Assembly: GCA_008632985.1 (NCBI GenBank)
Contig: QPGO01000007.1
Location: 558,001 to 622,000, forward strand
From: Psammoneis japonica
Lineage: Eukaryota
Reading direction: 5' to 3'
Length of the DNA: 64,000 nt
Part shown: positions 50,900 through 61,740 of the stretch, piece after piece
How positions within the stretch are numbered: the first letter of the stretch is position 1
How the letters are laid out: every line of letters begins with the position of its first letter
Made by a program: the position numbers and the translations under genes
Notes under the pieces: generated by a model
Databases searched by the model: none
What the model was told of the DNA's origin: nothing
The model's input: the letters and a program-made list of their open reading frames with translations, nothing else

Positions 50900-52430
50900 G
50901 CTTTCTTATGGTACAACTTTTACTTCTACAACCCTCCAGCCAGCAGATCCGAATCGGCATTTATGCATCGCAACGATCCCGCAGGTGCGCGCCAAAATCT
51001 TGTGGTGCGTCTTGCTCAAGTGGGCGTTGCTTTAGAAGAAATAGGAATTATGGCACAGTCAATGGCAATGACATCATCTATAGAATAAGAGCTTTCTAAT
51101 GATGTTAATTTTATTTCCATGCCCTCAGCAGATCCGAATCGGCATTCAGATGTCCTGCCGACCCCGGTTGCGCGCCAAAATCCCAGTGCATTTTGCTCAA
51201 GCAGGTGTTGCTTTATAAGAAATTGGAATTGTGGCACAATCAAAGGCAAAAACATCATCTATAGATCAAGAGCTTTCTGATGATGTTAGATCTGCTTCCA
51301 CACCCCGAGCAGATCGGAATCTGCATTCAGACATCCTACCGACCGGCACTTGCGCACCCGGGTCACATTGCGTTTTGCTTGAGCAGGTGTTGCTTTAGAA
51401 GAAATTGGAATTATGACACAATCTATAACAATAACATCATCTAAAGAGCGAGAGCTTTCTAATGATGATACTTTTATTTGGATACCTCTAGCAGAACCGA
51501 ATCGGCATTCAGACATCTTACCGATCGCGTAGTTGCGCTCAAAAATCCCAATGCGTTTTGCTCAAGTAGGCGTTGCTTTATAAGAAATTGGAATTATGGC
51601 ACAATCAATGGCAATAACATCATCTATGGATTAAGAGCTTTCTAATGATGTTAATTTTATTTCCATACCCTGAGCAGATCCGAATCGGCATTCAGATGTC
51701 CTACCGACCCCGGTTGCGCGCCAAAATCCCGTCAAAACGCCTCTCGCGCAATGCGTTTGCTTAACTAGCCGTTGCTTTAAAATAACTAGGAATTATGGGA
51801 CAATCAATGGCAATTACATTATCTACAGAACAAGAACGAGGGCTTTCTAATGGCACTACTTTCATTTCCATACCCCAAGCGGATCCGAATGATCAACAAT
51901 CGGCAACCCGTAGAGTTGCGCGCCAAAATCCTACTGCGCTTGCTTAACTAGCAGTTACTTTAGAAGAACTCGGATTTATGGGACAATCAACGGTAACTAC
52001 ATTATCTATAGAACAAGAACAAGAGCTTTCTAACAGTGCTACTTTCATTTCCATACCCCAAGCAGATCCGAATCATCAACAATCGGCATTCTGACAACCA
52101 AACAACCCCTGTTTTTGGCGCCAAAATCCAATTGCGTTTTGCTTAACTAGCTGTTGCTTTAGAAGTACTTGAGCTTAGGCAATGAAAAATGGCAATAAAA
52201 TCATCTACAGGACGAGAGCTTTCTAATGGTATTACTTTCATTTCCATGCCACAAGCAAATCCGAATCTGTGTTCAATTATCCAAATAACCCGTAGTTGCA
52301 CGCCAAAACCCTGCTCTACGTGCTTAACTAGCCGTTGCTTTAGAAGAACTAGGAATTATGGGACAATCAATGGCAATTACATTATCTGCAGAACAAGAGC
52401 TATCTAATGGTTCTACTGTTATTTCCACAC
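50900..52430. repeat. Tandem array of ~8 units of 181-199 bp inside the Harbinger element
   Basis: gcttta(g/t)aagaa anchor recurs at ~51029, 51210, 51392, 51576, 51775, 51957, 52156 and 52338. gcagatccgaat and agagctttcta recur in register. Confidence 0.92.
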
Positions 52431-52488
52431 ACACATCAGATCGGTTCTCTAGTTGTGATTCGATGCCATCGATGCCGACACCGCATTT

Positions 52489-53848
52489 CTGCCTGCGAGG
52501 TGGGCGAACAATGTTGGCAGTTCTCAATGAATCTGTGATCTGTTCCCGAATTGGACACTGCCCATGATGCACCCGTGGGATGGCTCTGTCTTCAAGCCAG
52601 CATTGGTCCATGGGATGCAGGTTGTGGTCGTACCCCATGGGCTCGTCTGAGGAAAGGAATGGCTCACCCTGTCGATGCTGACCCGGTCCGGTGTTGACTG
52701 AAGGAACGTACAATTCATCATCATCAACACCAAGGTCTTTCAGGAAATTGTGCAGACGAAAAATGGATTGAATTGCCACCGGACACCTGCGCAATGGAAA
52801 AAGCAAAGGACGCCAAAAAATCCCAAACTTCTGGCAGACATTGCCCCACATGCGCTCAATGCAATTGTGGTGGCCTTTGTTCAGACAAACAGTTGAAGGC
52901 ATCCTTGTGTGGCTCACGCTCTGCAAGCCCAGTGCCTGGCCATGGACCAACCCGATTTGCACCACAGCCATGAGCCTCATCCAAAGAGATGCAGCAGTGC
53001 CTCTCGGTGCCTCGACACTTGATTCGTGTTTCATTCTCCCATCTTGTGGCTGTGGTGCACAATTCCCAAGCTGTCCTGTCATGAGCATTTCCTGTGGCAT
53101 GGACGTCCAACACTCGACACTTTAAGACTGCATCTGCAATCGCTTGAACACTGATGGCTGGAAAACCCTTCCGATTGACATGCGCCATTGGATTCTCGCA
53201 TTCATCGCTGCCTGGCATGCGAATTCTCACAGCACATCCATCTCCTGCTCCCACATGACCAATGTGCAATTCCGGAAGGTTGTTCTTGTTTTGTAAAAAT
53301 TGATTTGCCAAGTGTCGCAGCTCTGGCTCTGTCGTGGGAAAATGTGCAGTGCCAACACCGGCTTCAACAATGGCTTTGAAAAAATCAAACAACGCACCCT
53401 CCACACTCGTGTGACCCAAGCCAAAAGCAAAAATGAGACCATCCAAAGAACAACCTCCAGACCCCATGCAGCCGAGATGCACCTTTTCATCGACCGCAAG
53501 TGGCCTCCGGTCGCAATCCTGTCGGCCGGCCATGTTGGCATCCGACAACTTCGGCTTCAAGTGCGGACACAATTTGTTTCGGAGGCACTCCATGGTGTGT
53601 GGAGGCATTCTGAAAACAGTTGCAAATTCTCCGGTGAGCAAGGAGGCACAGCGTGAATCGAGCAAGTCCCGAAGCATGCATCTCGCATGAGAATGCTCGT
53701 GTGATGATTCTCGTCGTTCAATGGCATCAGCGTGCAGACACAACACAGCAATGAGTTCTGCCAATGGAGCCATCCTCTTTTTCTTTTTCCTTGGTCTCAT
53801 TGCCACCAATGCATTGAGATCTGGTGCATCTTGATCAAACGAAGACAT
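52489..53848 (-). pseudogene. Harbinger DDE transposase (DDE_Tnp_4/HARBI1-like); frameshift at ~52885
   Basis: VGAGDG, NRKGFPAISVQAIADA, GNAHD, LDEAHG, IERMWG..KFGIFWRPL and RLHNFL. Zero Tyr in the 330-aa ORF. The original stop is possibly the CAG at 52491-52489. Confidence 0.88.
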
Positions 53849-54089
53849 TGCGAGTTCGCACGAGCGTGATCGATTTGCTTTTTCTGCATCAATGGCACTG
53901 ATGCTGGTGCTTCATCACAGCGCGGTGGAAGCAAACCCCGCGCACCTCGCAGCTCTCGCCGTTGCAAATGCGAGATCAGTGACAGCATCAGAGACATCAA
54001 CATTCAGAAAGTGACATCATTTCAGATGTTTTTGAAAAATGTCATTTCGCAGGTTTCGCAGGGGTTTGCAAGGGCAATGGAACGGGTCC

Positions 54090-56270
54090 AACTGCATGCG
54101 GGGCTGCGCTGACCGCCCCCCTCAACAGCAGCGCAGCCAGATGGAGACATTCAACATCTGTCTGGATGCCGTGTTTTTGTGTGGTCCAAGAGACAAGTCC
54201 TGGGTTGAAAGATGGAACGGGGGGTCATGTCAGCAGGAGCAGCAGCAGCACCTTGCTGCCCACTCTGCTGCCAGTGTCCCTTCTGCACCACACCAAAAAC
54301 CTGTGTGAGATTGTCAGAAGTGGCACCCTCAATGTCCTGACTGCACTGGTGCCAGCTGCACTCCTCCATCAACACCAGGGCCGCATGGCAACTTCACACA
54401 TTGCTGGTGCATTTGGCACCATGTCCTCCTGCTCACAAAATCATCTTCCAATTTTGGCACCATCCTGCCCATCCACTCATCTGCCAACAGGGCAGACATC
54501 ATGCACCCAATCACAAATCTGGCTGTGCTCCATGATCCTCAGCTTCATGATCGTCAGCCCCACAAGGGTGCCACCATTGTGCAGGGCCCCTCACAAATCC
54601 ACTCCACAACTTGGTCCTCCTTCAAGACTTTCTCTGCGCAACAAAACAGAAGACATGACTGCTGGGTTTTCTGGGCTGTGCTCCCATGCAACAACAGATT
54701 GTGTTGCTTGCCCAAACTCCAGCTCGTCTGACACAGCCCCGTCAGTGTCGTCCCACAACACAGTCAGTGTGCTGACCTGGAGCTGCAGTTGGCTGCTCTT
54801 GTTGTGGCTGGAACAAGGAGATGTTGTCACTCACACCTCTTTAGAAGCCATGCATTTTGTTCAAACACTTGTTGAGTGCCCCACCACCCAAGTCATCTGC
54901 GCCAACCCACACTGTGGACCAGCCTGGCTCACCAAAACTGACATTGTGGATGGATTTTGTTAAGTCAGGGACAGAAAACTGCACCAATGTGTCAAAGTTG
55001 GGCACTGCATTTCCAATTTTGGGTGTCCAAAAGAGCCACTCACAGCTTTCATCCAGTGCTCCCCATGTGGGCTGGCCCCAAATCTCTGCTGCATTTTTGC
55101 TCAGTTGCTGAAATGACAACAGACATGGCAAGCCACCTGCTTTGTCAAGTGGCGCCAGAAACCCAGGTGCTCAGTTGAAGCTTGAGCTTCTTCCACCAAG
55201 TCAGCTGCTCAGTCATTCACACCAGCTCTCACCACCAACTCCACTGGTGCCACTGCAGAAGACTGGGCAGACCGCTGAGTGAGTGTGCACCTGCTCCAAC
55301 CACATGTGACTGTTCGCTTCTCACTCCACAGGGGGGAACATGCATGCTGGCAACCAGCCATTGATGTTTTCATCAACAACTTTCTGGCAGCCACCCAAGA
55401 CAGCAGCACACAGCACATGACACCTCAGCCAAGCAGCTCACTGAATTTTGCTCCATGCCGTGCACAATGTCCTCTCACCTTTGGTTGGCCTTGCAGGACC
55501 CTGACTGCTGCCAGGATCCAATCTCACCTGAAAAACTCTTGAAAGGTGATGCATGCTGGAGCACATGCAAAAACATCTTGTGGATCATCAACCACATTGT
55601 GCGTTGATGACTGCACTTTTTCACCATGCTGCTTCCATTGCCCAGCCAAACTGTTGTTGACCATGCTGACCATGCAAAGTGCCTGGTCATCTGCAAACGG
55701 CACAGCCTCATTGGTGAACTGTGCTTCATGATGCTTGCCACACTCAGAGCCTGTGGACTCTTCAACCATCTGCATGAAGCACTGTGACACCAGAGGCAGA
55801 ACCCCCTCCAACTTGCCAGCAAGGAACTCTGCCAGACACCAGATGATTTCTGCTGGTTGCAGCACAACCTGGCCAGTTGCGCAACATGCCTCTGCTGGCT
55901 TGTCCCATTGCCTCAGCAGGTCACAGCTGGACCACATGATGCTTTGGGCAAAAAAGTGCCAGGGGACTCTGGTTCTCAGATCTGGCAGCCACCTCCCCAG
56001 CCGGGCTGTTCCAAACATTGCACCATGGTGATGTGGTCCCACTGGTCCCCAACAAATTGGTCCTCATTCATTGTGCCACCAATTCCCACCGGCCATCTTC
56101 AATCTGCTGCATTCCTGTCAGTCAATGCACCCCCCGTGGAAAGATTGCAAACTCGGACCTTGAGTTTGTCAGTGGGCTCCTGCCACTCTAGGGTCCTAAA
56201 AGCACCTGCTCCTTTTCTCTCTCTGCATGCTTCTTCTTTTGTCACAGAAATGGCTGTTTCTGCTCTCCCC
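54090..56270. other. Unidentified relic depleted of both TpA and CpG
   Basis: Saturated with TG/CA. No domain recognised. Confidence 0.6.
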
Positions 56271-56642
56271 CTCTAGAGAGAGAAATAGAGCAGACCTCCC
56301 AGTTGGGAGTGGAAATAGAGATCGGATGATAGATTCCTTCCTCGTGTAGAATGCAGAATAAAATGGTGTTCAGCGAGGGCGATTCATGATCGGAGATTTT
56401 TATGGAGAACGCGAGCTAAGTTGTGATGCATGACAACTTAGCCATTCTTGAAGGAATGGTCAGTGTTTTGTCTACAGGTTTACTCGTAGAATCAAAGTGT
56501 GCTTTGTTGAAATTAGCTTTTCGATCATCTAAATTATCCTTTCATAGTATTCCTTAGGTAGCAAAGTGGTAAAGTATTCGAAACCAGCAAACAGCCCACT
56601 GTAAATACATGCAATCTAACGCCAAATAAACTGCATTGCAGT

Positions 56643-57729
56643 TTACCAGTCGTGCTCTGGATGACGCTCGGATTCTTCGCGAACGGCTTTTTCCACACGG
56701 TGATCGGCTTCCACTTGAGCCTTGTCTTCGTGAGCGGCTGCGCTGTCAATGATTTTGTTGACTTCTTCCATTTCCTCCTGTTCTCGTGAGAACCCGAAAC
56801 AACATTTTTGTCAGTAAAACGTCAAATGAAACCACATTAGTTCTTTTCTAATTGAAAGGAGTCGTACCTGGAGATGTCCATCCGTTTCGCCATCGGGAGC
56901 ATCCACTGCAACGGTCTTGTTGAATTCGGCCTGCATCTTTTTGAATTCTTCTGAATTCTCGATCCTTGCCGTCTCGTCAATCGTGTGGTTGGCTTCCAAG
57001 CGTTCCTCCTGTTGAAAAGAAAGACAATCGAACAATCAAGTGTTGGTGGGGATCCAACGAAATCGCTAAACACAACAAAGAGATTTTTCATCGAGTACCC
57101 GTCTTACCTCAAAATGAGCGTCCGGTTCACCGTCCGGTCCGTCGACAGCAAATGTCTTTCGCATATCTGCCTGTGTCTTTTGGAACTCTGGTGAGTTCTC
57201 AATCCTGGCCGTCTCTGAGATAGTCTTGTTGACCTCTTCCATCTCCTCCTATGGGTCAAAAGTGGAATGAAATGTGAGAAGATTGATAGACCAGGGATTT
57301 TGTATGATATGATACACCTCCTTTCCAACAAGGACATGACTGTTCATGGCACATGATAGTTTCAGAAATGATCAGAACAGCCTCTTACCTTCAAGTGGGC
57401 GTCGGTTTCACCGTCCGGGGCGTCAACCGCAAACGCTTCTTTCCTGAGATCAGGTTCGGGCCTATTGACTTCTTCAACAATCTCCTGTCGGTAGAGTGCG
57501 TAGAAAATTTCGACGGGATTATTTTCCTATTATGAGTAAGGAAATACCAAAGGTGACGAAATTACACAGATTGCAGAGCGAGGAGATCCATACAAAAACT
57601 CACCACGTTTGACGAGTAGCGGCTTTTGGTACTCATGGCTTTCAAGAAGGTGCTGCAATGTGGTGCCGCCCTCCTCGAACTGACCATGCCGATGCGGCGA
57701 ATAGCGGTTAGAGCATAAGAGGACCTCAT
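56643..57729 (-). CDS. Five-exon, probably mitochondrial protein with (F/V)AVDAPDGE repeats
   Basis: Exons 57729-57604, 57526-57389, 57248-57108, 57008-56868 and 56777-56643, all with phase-0 GT-AG introns. Arg/Ser-rich presequence. Ends HPEHDW*. Confidence 0.82.
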
Positions 57730-58081
57730 GGTGACAATGTGTTGGATGTAAGTTTCAGAGAGTATCTTTCAATCGACGCGTCTTCGTTTTGTGACACAGT
57801 TTGACGTCAAAGAACAGGCGAAGAATGCCTCGATGCGAACCCGGGGGAAGAGAAGCTGAAGATGGCGGGAAGGTGATATGAATAACTATTATGACCTGAA
57901 AATATAGGTAATATTCTTCAGTCGTGTTTCATGAAACCAGGCAAGAACAAAATTGCCACCGACGTCTGTCCAGCGCGCGCAAGGCGAAACACTGGCGACC
58001 GGGGAAAAACGTTACTTCTCTCTCTCTGGGCCTATGGCTACCGTAGTAGAGCTCTAGTAGCAGAGAGTCTTCTCACAGACG

Positions 58082-59104
58082 CTACGTGCTGTCTTCCCTT
58101 TCACTGTTAAAGCCGTTTGTGCTAGTCCAGTTGTCGATTGGACATTCAAAAGATCGATGGCCTTTCTGTCCACATTTGAAACAGATGACGTCGTCCTCGG
58201 GGCAAGAAGCAGCCAGGTGGCCACGTTGTCCGCACCGATAGCATCGTGGTCCAGGAAGGTGTTCGATCTCAGGATTGGATATAAACAAGGCTCTCCTGAC
58301 CGAGTCTCTGTCTTGACTCTTGAATGCTCCGCCAGTAGTAACTTGTTTTGTTGGAGGCGACGCCGACATCTGTTGGGTTGGCTGCTCAGTCGAGGCCGGT
58401 GGAAGTGCGTTAGTCAGTGTTTTTCTAACCGAGGCATAACCTAACTCATTATAATGACCCATAAAGCCAACCAGTGCATCCAGATCTTTCATTGTGTACT
58501 TTCTGGCTAAAACAAACATGGCTCCTCGGACATTGTTGACTCCGTACTTTAGCATGAGTTGGGCCGTGACCTGAGATTCCATTCCCAACACGTACAATCG
58601 TGGAATCCGTCTGTATTCCTTGAGGATTCGAATCGGTTTATACTTCCTCGTCCAGACGCTTCCTCCCGACTGGCGTTGGTGTTGTCGCCAGCGCTGTTTT
58701 CTATGGGACGTCGATCCCACATAATACTTGCCGTCCTCGCATTCCAAAACGTAGACAGTGTATCGCTCTGTGATGCTTCTCCAAAACTTTTTCCATTGGT
58801 ACCATTTTTGACCTAGCCATTTGTAAAGCCGTCGAAAAATCTGATGTGATGCATATTCAGACTTTTTTCTATTGTTTCGCGTTGTCGAGCCTGGATCTGC
58901 GGACCAGCCAAACAAACCGGCTCGTTGCCTCCAAGATTTTCTCGCATGTTTCGGATAGTCAAAGCGGCGACTGTCAATCTTTGAATTTGAGGGTATGTGA
59001 TGATTCGAAATACAACGATGGGGACGCACAGAAAGGCTCCATACGTCCGCTAGCATGAAGAAAAATAGAGCGAAAGTGGCGAGTGTTCTGCTTGCAAGCG
59101 TCAT
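58082..59104 (-). CDS. GIY-YIG nuclease-domain protein with two C-terminal CCHC zinc knuckles and N-terminal targeting peptide
   Basis: VYVLECEDGKYYVGST..R..H, WTRKYKP and YGVNNVRG. CYRCGQRGHLAASC and CFKCGQKGHRSFEC. Signal-like MTLASRTLATFALFFFMLADVWS. Confidence 0.88.
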   Translation of the reverse strand: MTLASRTLATFALFFFMLADVWSLSVRPHRCISNHHIPSNSKIDSRRFDYPKHARKSWRQRAGLFGWSADPGSTTRNNRKKSEYASHQIFRRLYKWLGQKWYQWKKFWRSITERYTVYVLECEDGKYYVGSTSHRKQRWRQHQRQSGGSVWTRKYKPIRILKEYRRIPRLYVLGMESQVTAQLMLKYGVNNVRGAMFVLARKYTMKDLDALVGFMGHYNELGYASVRKTLTNALPPASTEQPTQQMSASPPTKQVTTGGAFKSQDRDSVRRALFISNPEIEHLPGPRCYRCGQRGHLAASCPEDDVICFKCGQKGHRSFECPIDNWTSTNGFNSEREDST

Positions 59105-59724
59105 GCTCGATGTTTCGAACTGTCGCACAACTTCTTGAACTTTTTGAAGGCGTTTCTGTTGCTTTGAGCAAAATGGTTTCTCTCCTCTACACCTGTGCAC
59201 CTACAATCGAATCTTGATCTCTCTAGAGCAGCACATCACCATCGTACTGCTGAAGGCTAGCTGCGTCTGCTGCGTGTTTGGCCATCATGAAAACAATGAA
59301 CCTGTAAAATGTAAAATTCGGAAATCTTCAAATACACTGAATACTGTATTTTGAAATTTTGCAGAATTTGCTCAATCGAACGTTTGCGTTCCAGTTCTAT
59401 TTTAATATGTAGTTTAACTGTAGCGTTAACATACTTAGGAAGAACTAGATGTTCTGTAACGGATCTTTTCATAATTACTTCTTAGAGTATGAATACATGG
59501 GATTATGAAGAGGCAATTCGACTACAGTACAGTACCGCCCACGCGAGGCGCGCAAGCTCAGAAAAAGCATGAAAAAATGAGGGAATGGATACGGTGCACA
59601 AAAAACAAAAAGAAAACACGGTGACACCTCCTCGAACTAACTGTCGATGTTAGAAGTAGCTGTTGCAAGCGCTATCCTACCAGATTAAGCGCCAGATATA
59701 TCTTCAGTATCTCTATTCGTGAAA

Positions 59725-61455
59725 ATGGCACCCAATCAGCCAACGATCAAGCAAGAGGTGGTGGAGCAGTTTCAAAGCTCCACAACTGTACGGGAGAATG
59801 ATCCGGTCTGGGTCACGATAGGAAAGTCAGAACACATGGCGATTGTGTTAAGTATCCAAGACGAAGACGTCGAGGTCAAGTGGTCAACATGCGGCAAAAA
59901 GGAGTGGGTGCTGCTTTCTCAATGTCGTGCATTCATTGACCTTTCTACGGACGAAAACAAAGAAAGCAGGCCACGCAGAAGTTCACGAGCGCGAACGAAA
60001 ACGAATCTTTTCGTTAATGAAAAACAGAGCAAACCGAAAAAGAGACGTCCGTCCGCAAGGAAGCTTCCCCTTTCTCGGAAACCAGCATTGTCAATGGCCA
60101 CACATGCAAATGGTCGGCGCAAAGCTGACTACATTGCTCACATGGTAGCCGAGGCAGATGCGAAAGCCCGAGCTGTGAAACGAGAAGAGGACGCGGCAAA
60201 ACGGAGAAAGGCAAAGCGCGCAAAGAAAGAAATTTTACAAAAGGATGTGGAAGATGAGGAGTCTCAGGAAGCGCAAGGTGAAGAAGAAATCAGAGAAGAT
60301 GAGGAGAGTGAGCAAGATGAAACGATGGCAAGACTTCCCAACGAGGCACGCGCCGTGAACAACTCTTCTGAGACTCTGACTCAGGAAGCGCAATGTAAGA
60401 AAGAAGTCAAAGAGGATGAGGAAATTGAGCAAAATGAAATGATAGCGAGAGTTCTTAGCAAGGGTGACGATGTTTGGGTGAAAGACGGCATGGCCAATAA
60501 TCTCCATGCTGCCAAGGTGTTGGAAGTAGAGGACGACGAAGTGCTCATCCAGTGGTCGACCTACCTGAAGAAAGAGTGGGTGTCCCGTGGTAGAGTTCTG
60601 TTGCAAGAAGCCTACGTTGATCTCACGAGTGCTGAACAAGATGAGACTGGCGCTACAAGAAGATCAAGGAGATCCCGAGCAAAACCTGCTTTCTATCGTC
60701 CTCCAACAGAGGAGCCGAAGAAGAGAGCAAAGACTTCTAGAAAACGGAACGGACCGAATAATGCAACGCTAGCGCCGCACCAGGTCACGCAAGGTGAGAC
60801 GAAAAAGAGGATCAAGAGAGTGGCAAGAAAGCAAACTGATGCTTCAAGAGCAGATGATTGGGAAGGTCGGAGGCAGTCCTTCTATTCAACGAAAAGCACG
60901 GGTGAAAAACGTGTTGCGAGGAAGAGTGTGTTTGACAAGCGTCATACAAAGAAGAGCACATTATATGAAAAGCGCGTTGCAAGGAAGAGCACTTTTCAAA
61001 GGCAGTTTGCAAAGAAGAGCACGTTTGAACAGCGTTTTGACTTCAGCGGTGTTGGACCTCAGATGTTGACGGGTACTCAAAACGAATCATCATCGTCATC
61101 AGAATCGGCAACGTCGGAAACACCTGACACAGTAGCATTTCCGCCGGCGCGATCCAGGACGCGTGGCTCGGAAGAAATGGAAAGTTTCGCCTTTTCGCCT
61201 TCATCTCCCTCTGATCAATCCGAAGCGTCGACAATTCCGCCGGCGATTAGGCATTCTGATCACTCAGACAGCGATGAAAGAAGGGAAAGCTCAGAAAGCA
61301 ATGGCACCGCAAATGCCTTGGACGTATCGAGGATTCTATGTGATCTGCCCGAAGAGGACAATTCTCATTCGTCCAAACGGGCACGTCGCGAGACTGCTGA
61401 CAGCCACGAATTGGCTGGTATATTTCAAGATGACGACTCTGAAGCCTCAGCTTGA
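59725..61455 (+). CDS. Putative chromatin protein: two Tudor/chromo-barrel-like domains plus repeated ARKS(T) motifs
   Basis: Duplicated domain D.VWV...H.A.VL....D.V.V.WST..KKEWV. KRVARKQT, KRVARKSV and KRVARKST. Confidence 0.75.
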   Translation: MAPNQPTIKQEVVEQFQSSTTVRENDPVWVTIGKSEHMAIVLSIQDEDVEVKWSTCGKKEWVLLSQCRAFIDLSTDENKESRPRRSSRARTKTNLFVNEKQSKPKKRRPSARKLPLSRKPALSMATHANGRRKADYIAHMVAEADAKARAVKREEDAAKRRKAKRAKKEILQKDVEDEESQEAQGEEEIREDEESEQDETMARLPNEARAVNNSSETLTQEAQCKKEVKEDEEIEQNEMIARVLSKGDDVWVKDGMANNLHAAKVLEVEDDEVLIQWSTYLKKEWVSRGRVLLQEAYVDLTSAEQDETGATRRSRRSRAKPAFYRPPTEEPKKRAKTSRKRNGPNNATLAPHQVTQGETKKRIKRVARKQTDASRADDWEGRRQSFYSTKSTGEKRVARKSVFDKRHTKKSTLYEKRVARKSTFQRQFAKKSTFEQRFDFSGVGPQMLTGTQNESSSSSESATSETPDTVAFPPARSRTRGSEEMESFAFSPSSPSDQSEASTIPPAIRHSDHSDSDERRESSESNGTANALDVSRILCDLPEEDNSHSSKRARRETADSHELAGIFQDDDSEASA

Positions 61456-61740
61456 CTAGTGCTTCATATTTTCGCTCCGAGCGAATTGGCTTTCGATGCT
61501 GGCAAATGTTCATTCTCATTGCTGTATGGTGTACCTTACTCAGGAATTGTTTAGCGAAGTCAAAAGCTATGCCTGTTATTCTAATACGAATACTGTACAC
61601 TGATTGTTTTCGTTCGATTTCTCGCTCCCTCCACATCTCCGCCAGTGTATTCTCCGGCGAGGATAAACACCCACCATCCTTCGCAGCAAAAAACGTATAA
61701 ACAGTATAAGGTAGACAAATTGGTCAACTATGATCATTGT

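Larger units (their letters stand above)
48747..54089. mobile_element. PIF/Harbinger DNA transposon with convergent Myb-like and transposase genes
   Basis: ~42-bp TIRs: left gggcccttccgttacccttgcgaatcctgcgaaacctgcgaa, right (reverse complement) ggacccgttccattgcccttgcaaacccctgcgaaacctgcgaa. TAA immediately to the left (48744-48746). Confidence 0.9.

Noticed and set aside
50900..52430. CRISPR array or coding repeat
   Set aside because: Whole units are homologous with no unique spacers, unit lengths are mostly not multiples of 3, stops are frequent, there are no cas genes, and the context is eukaryotic.
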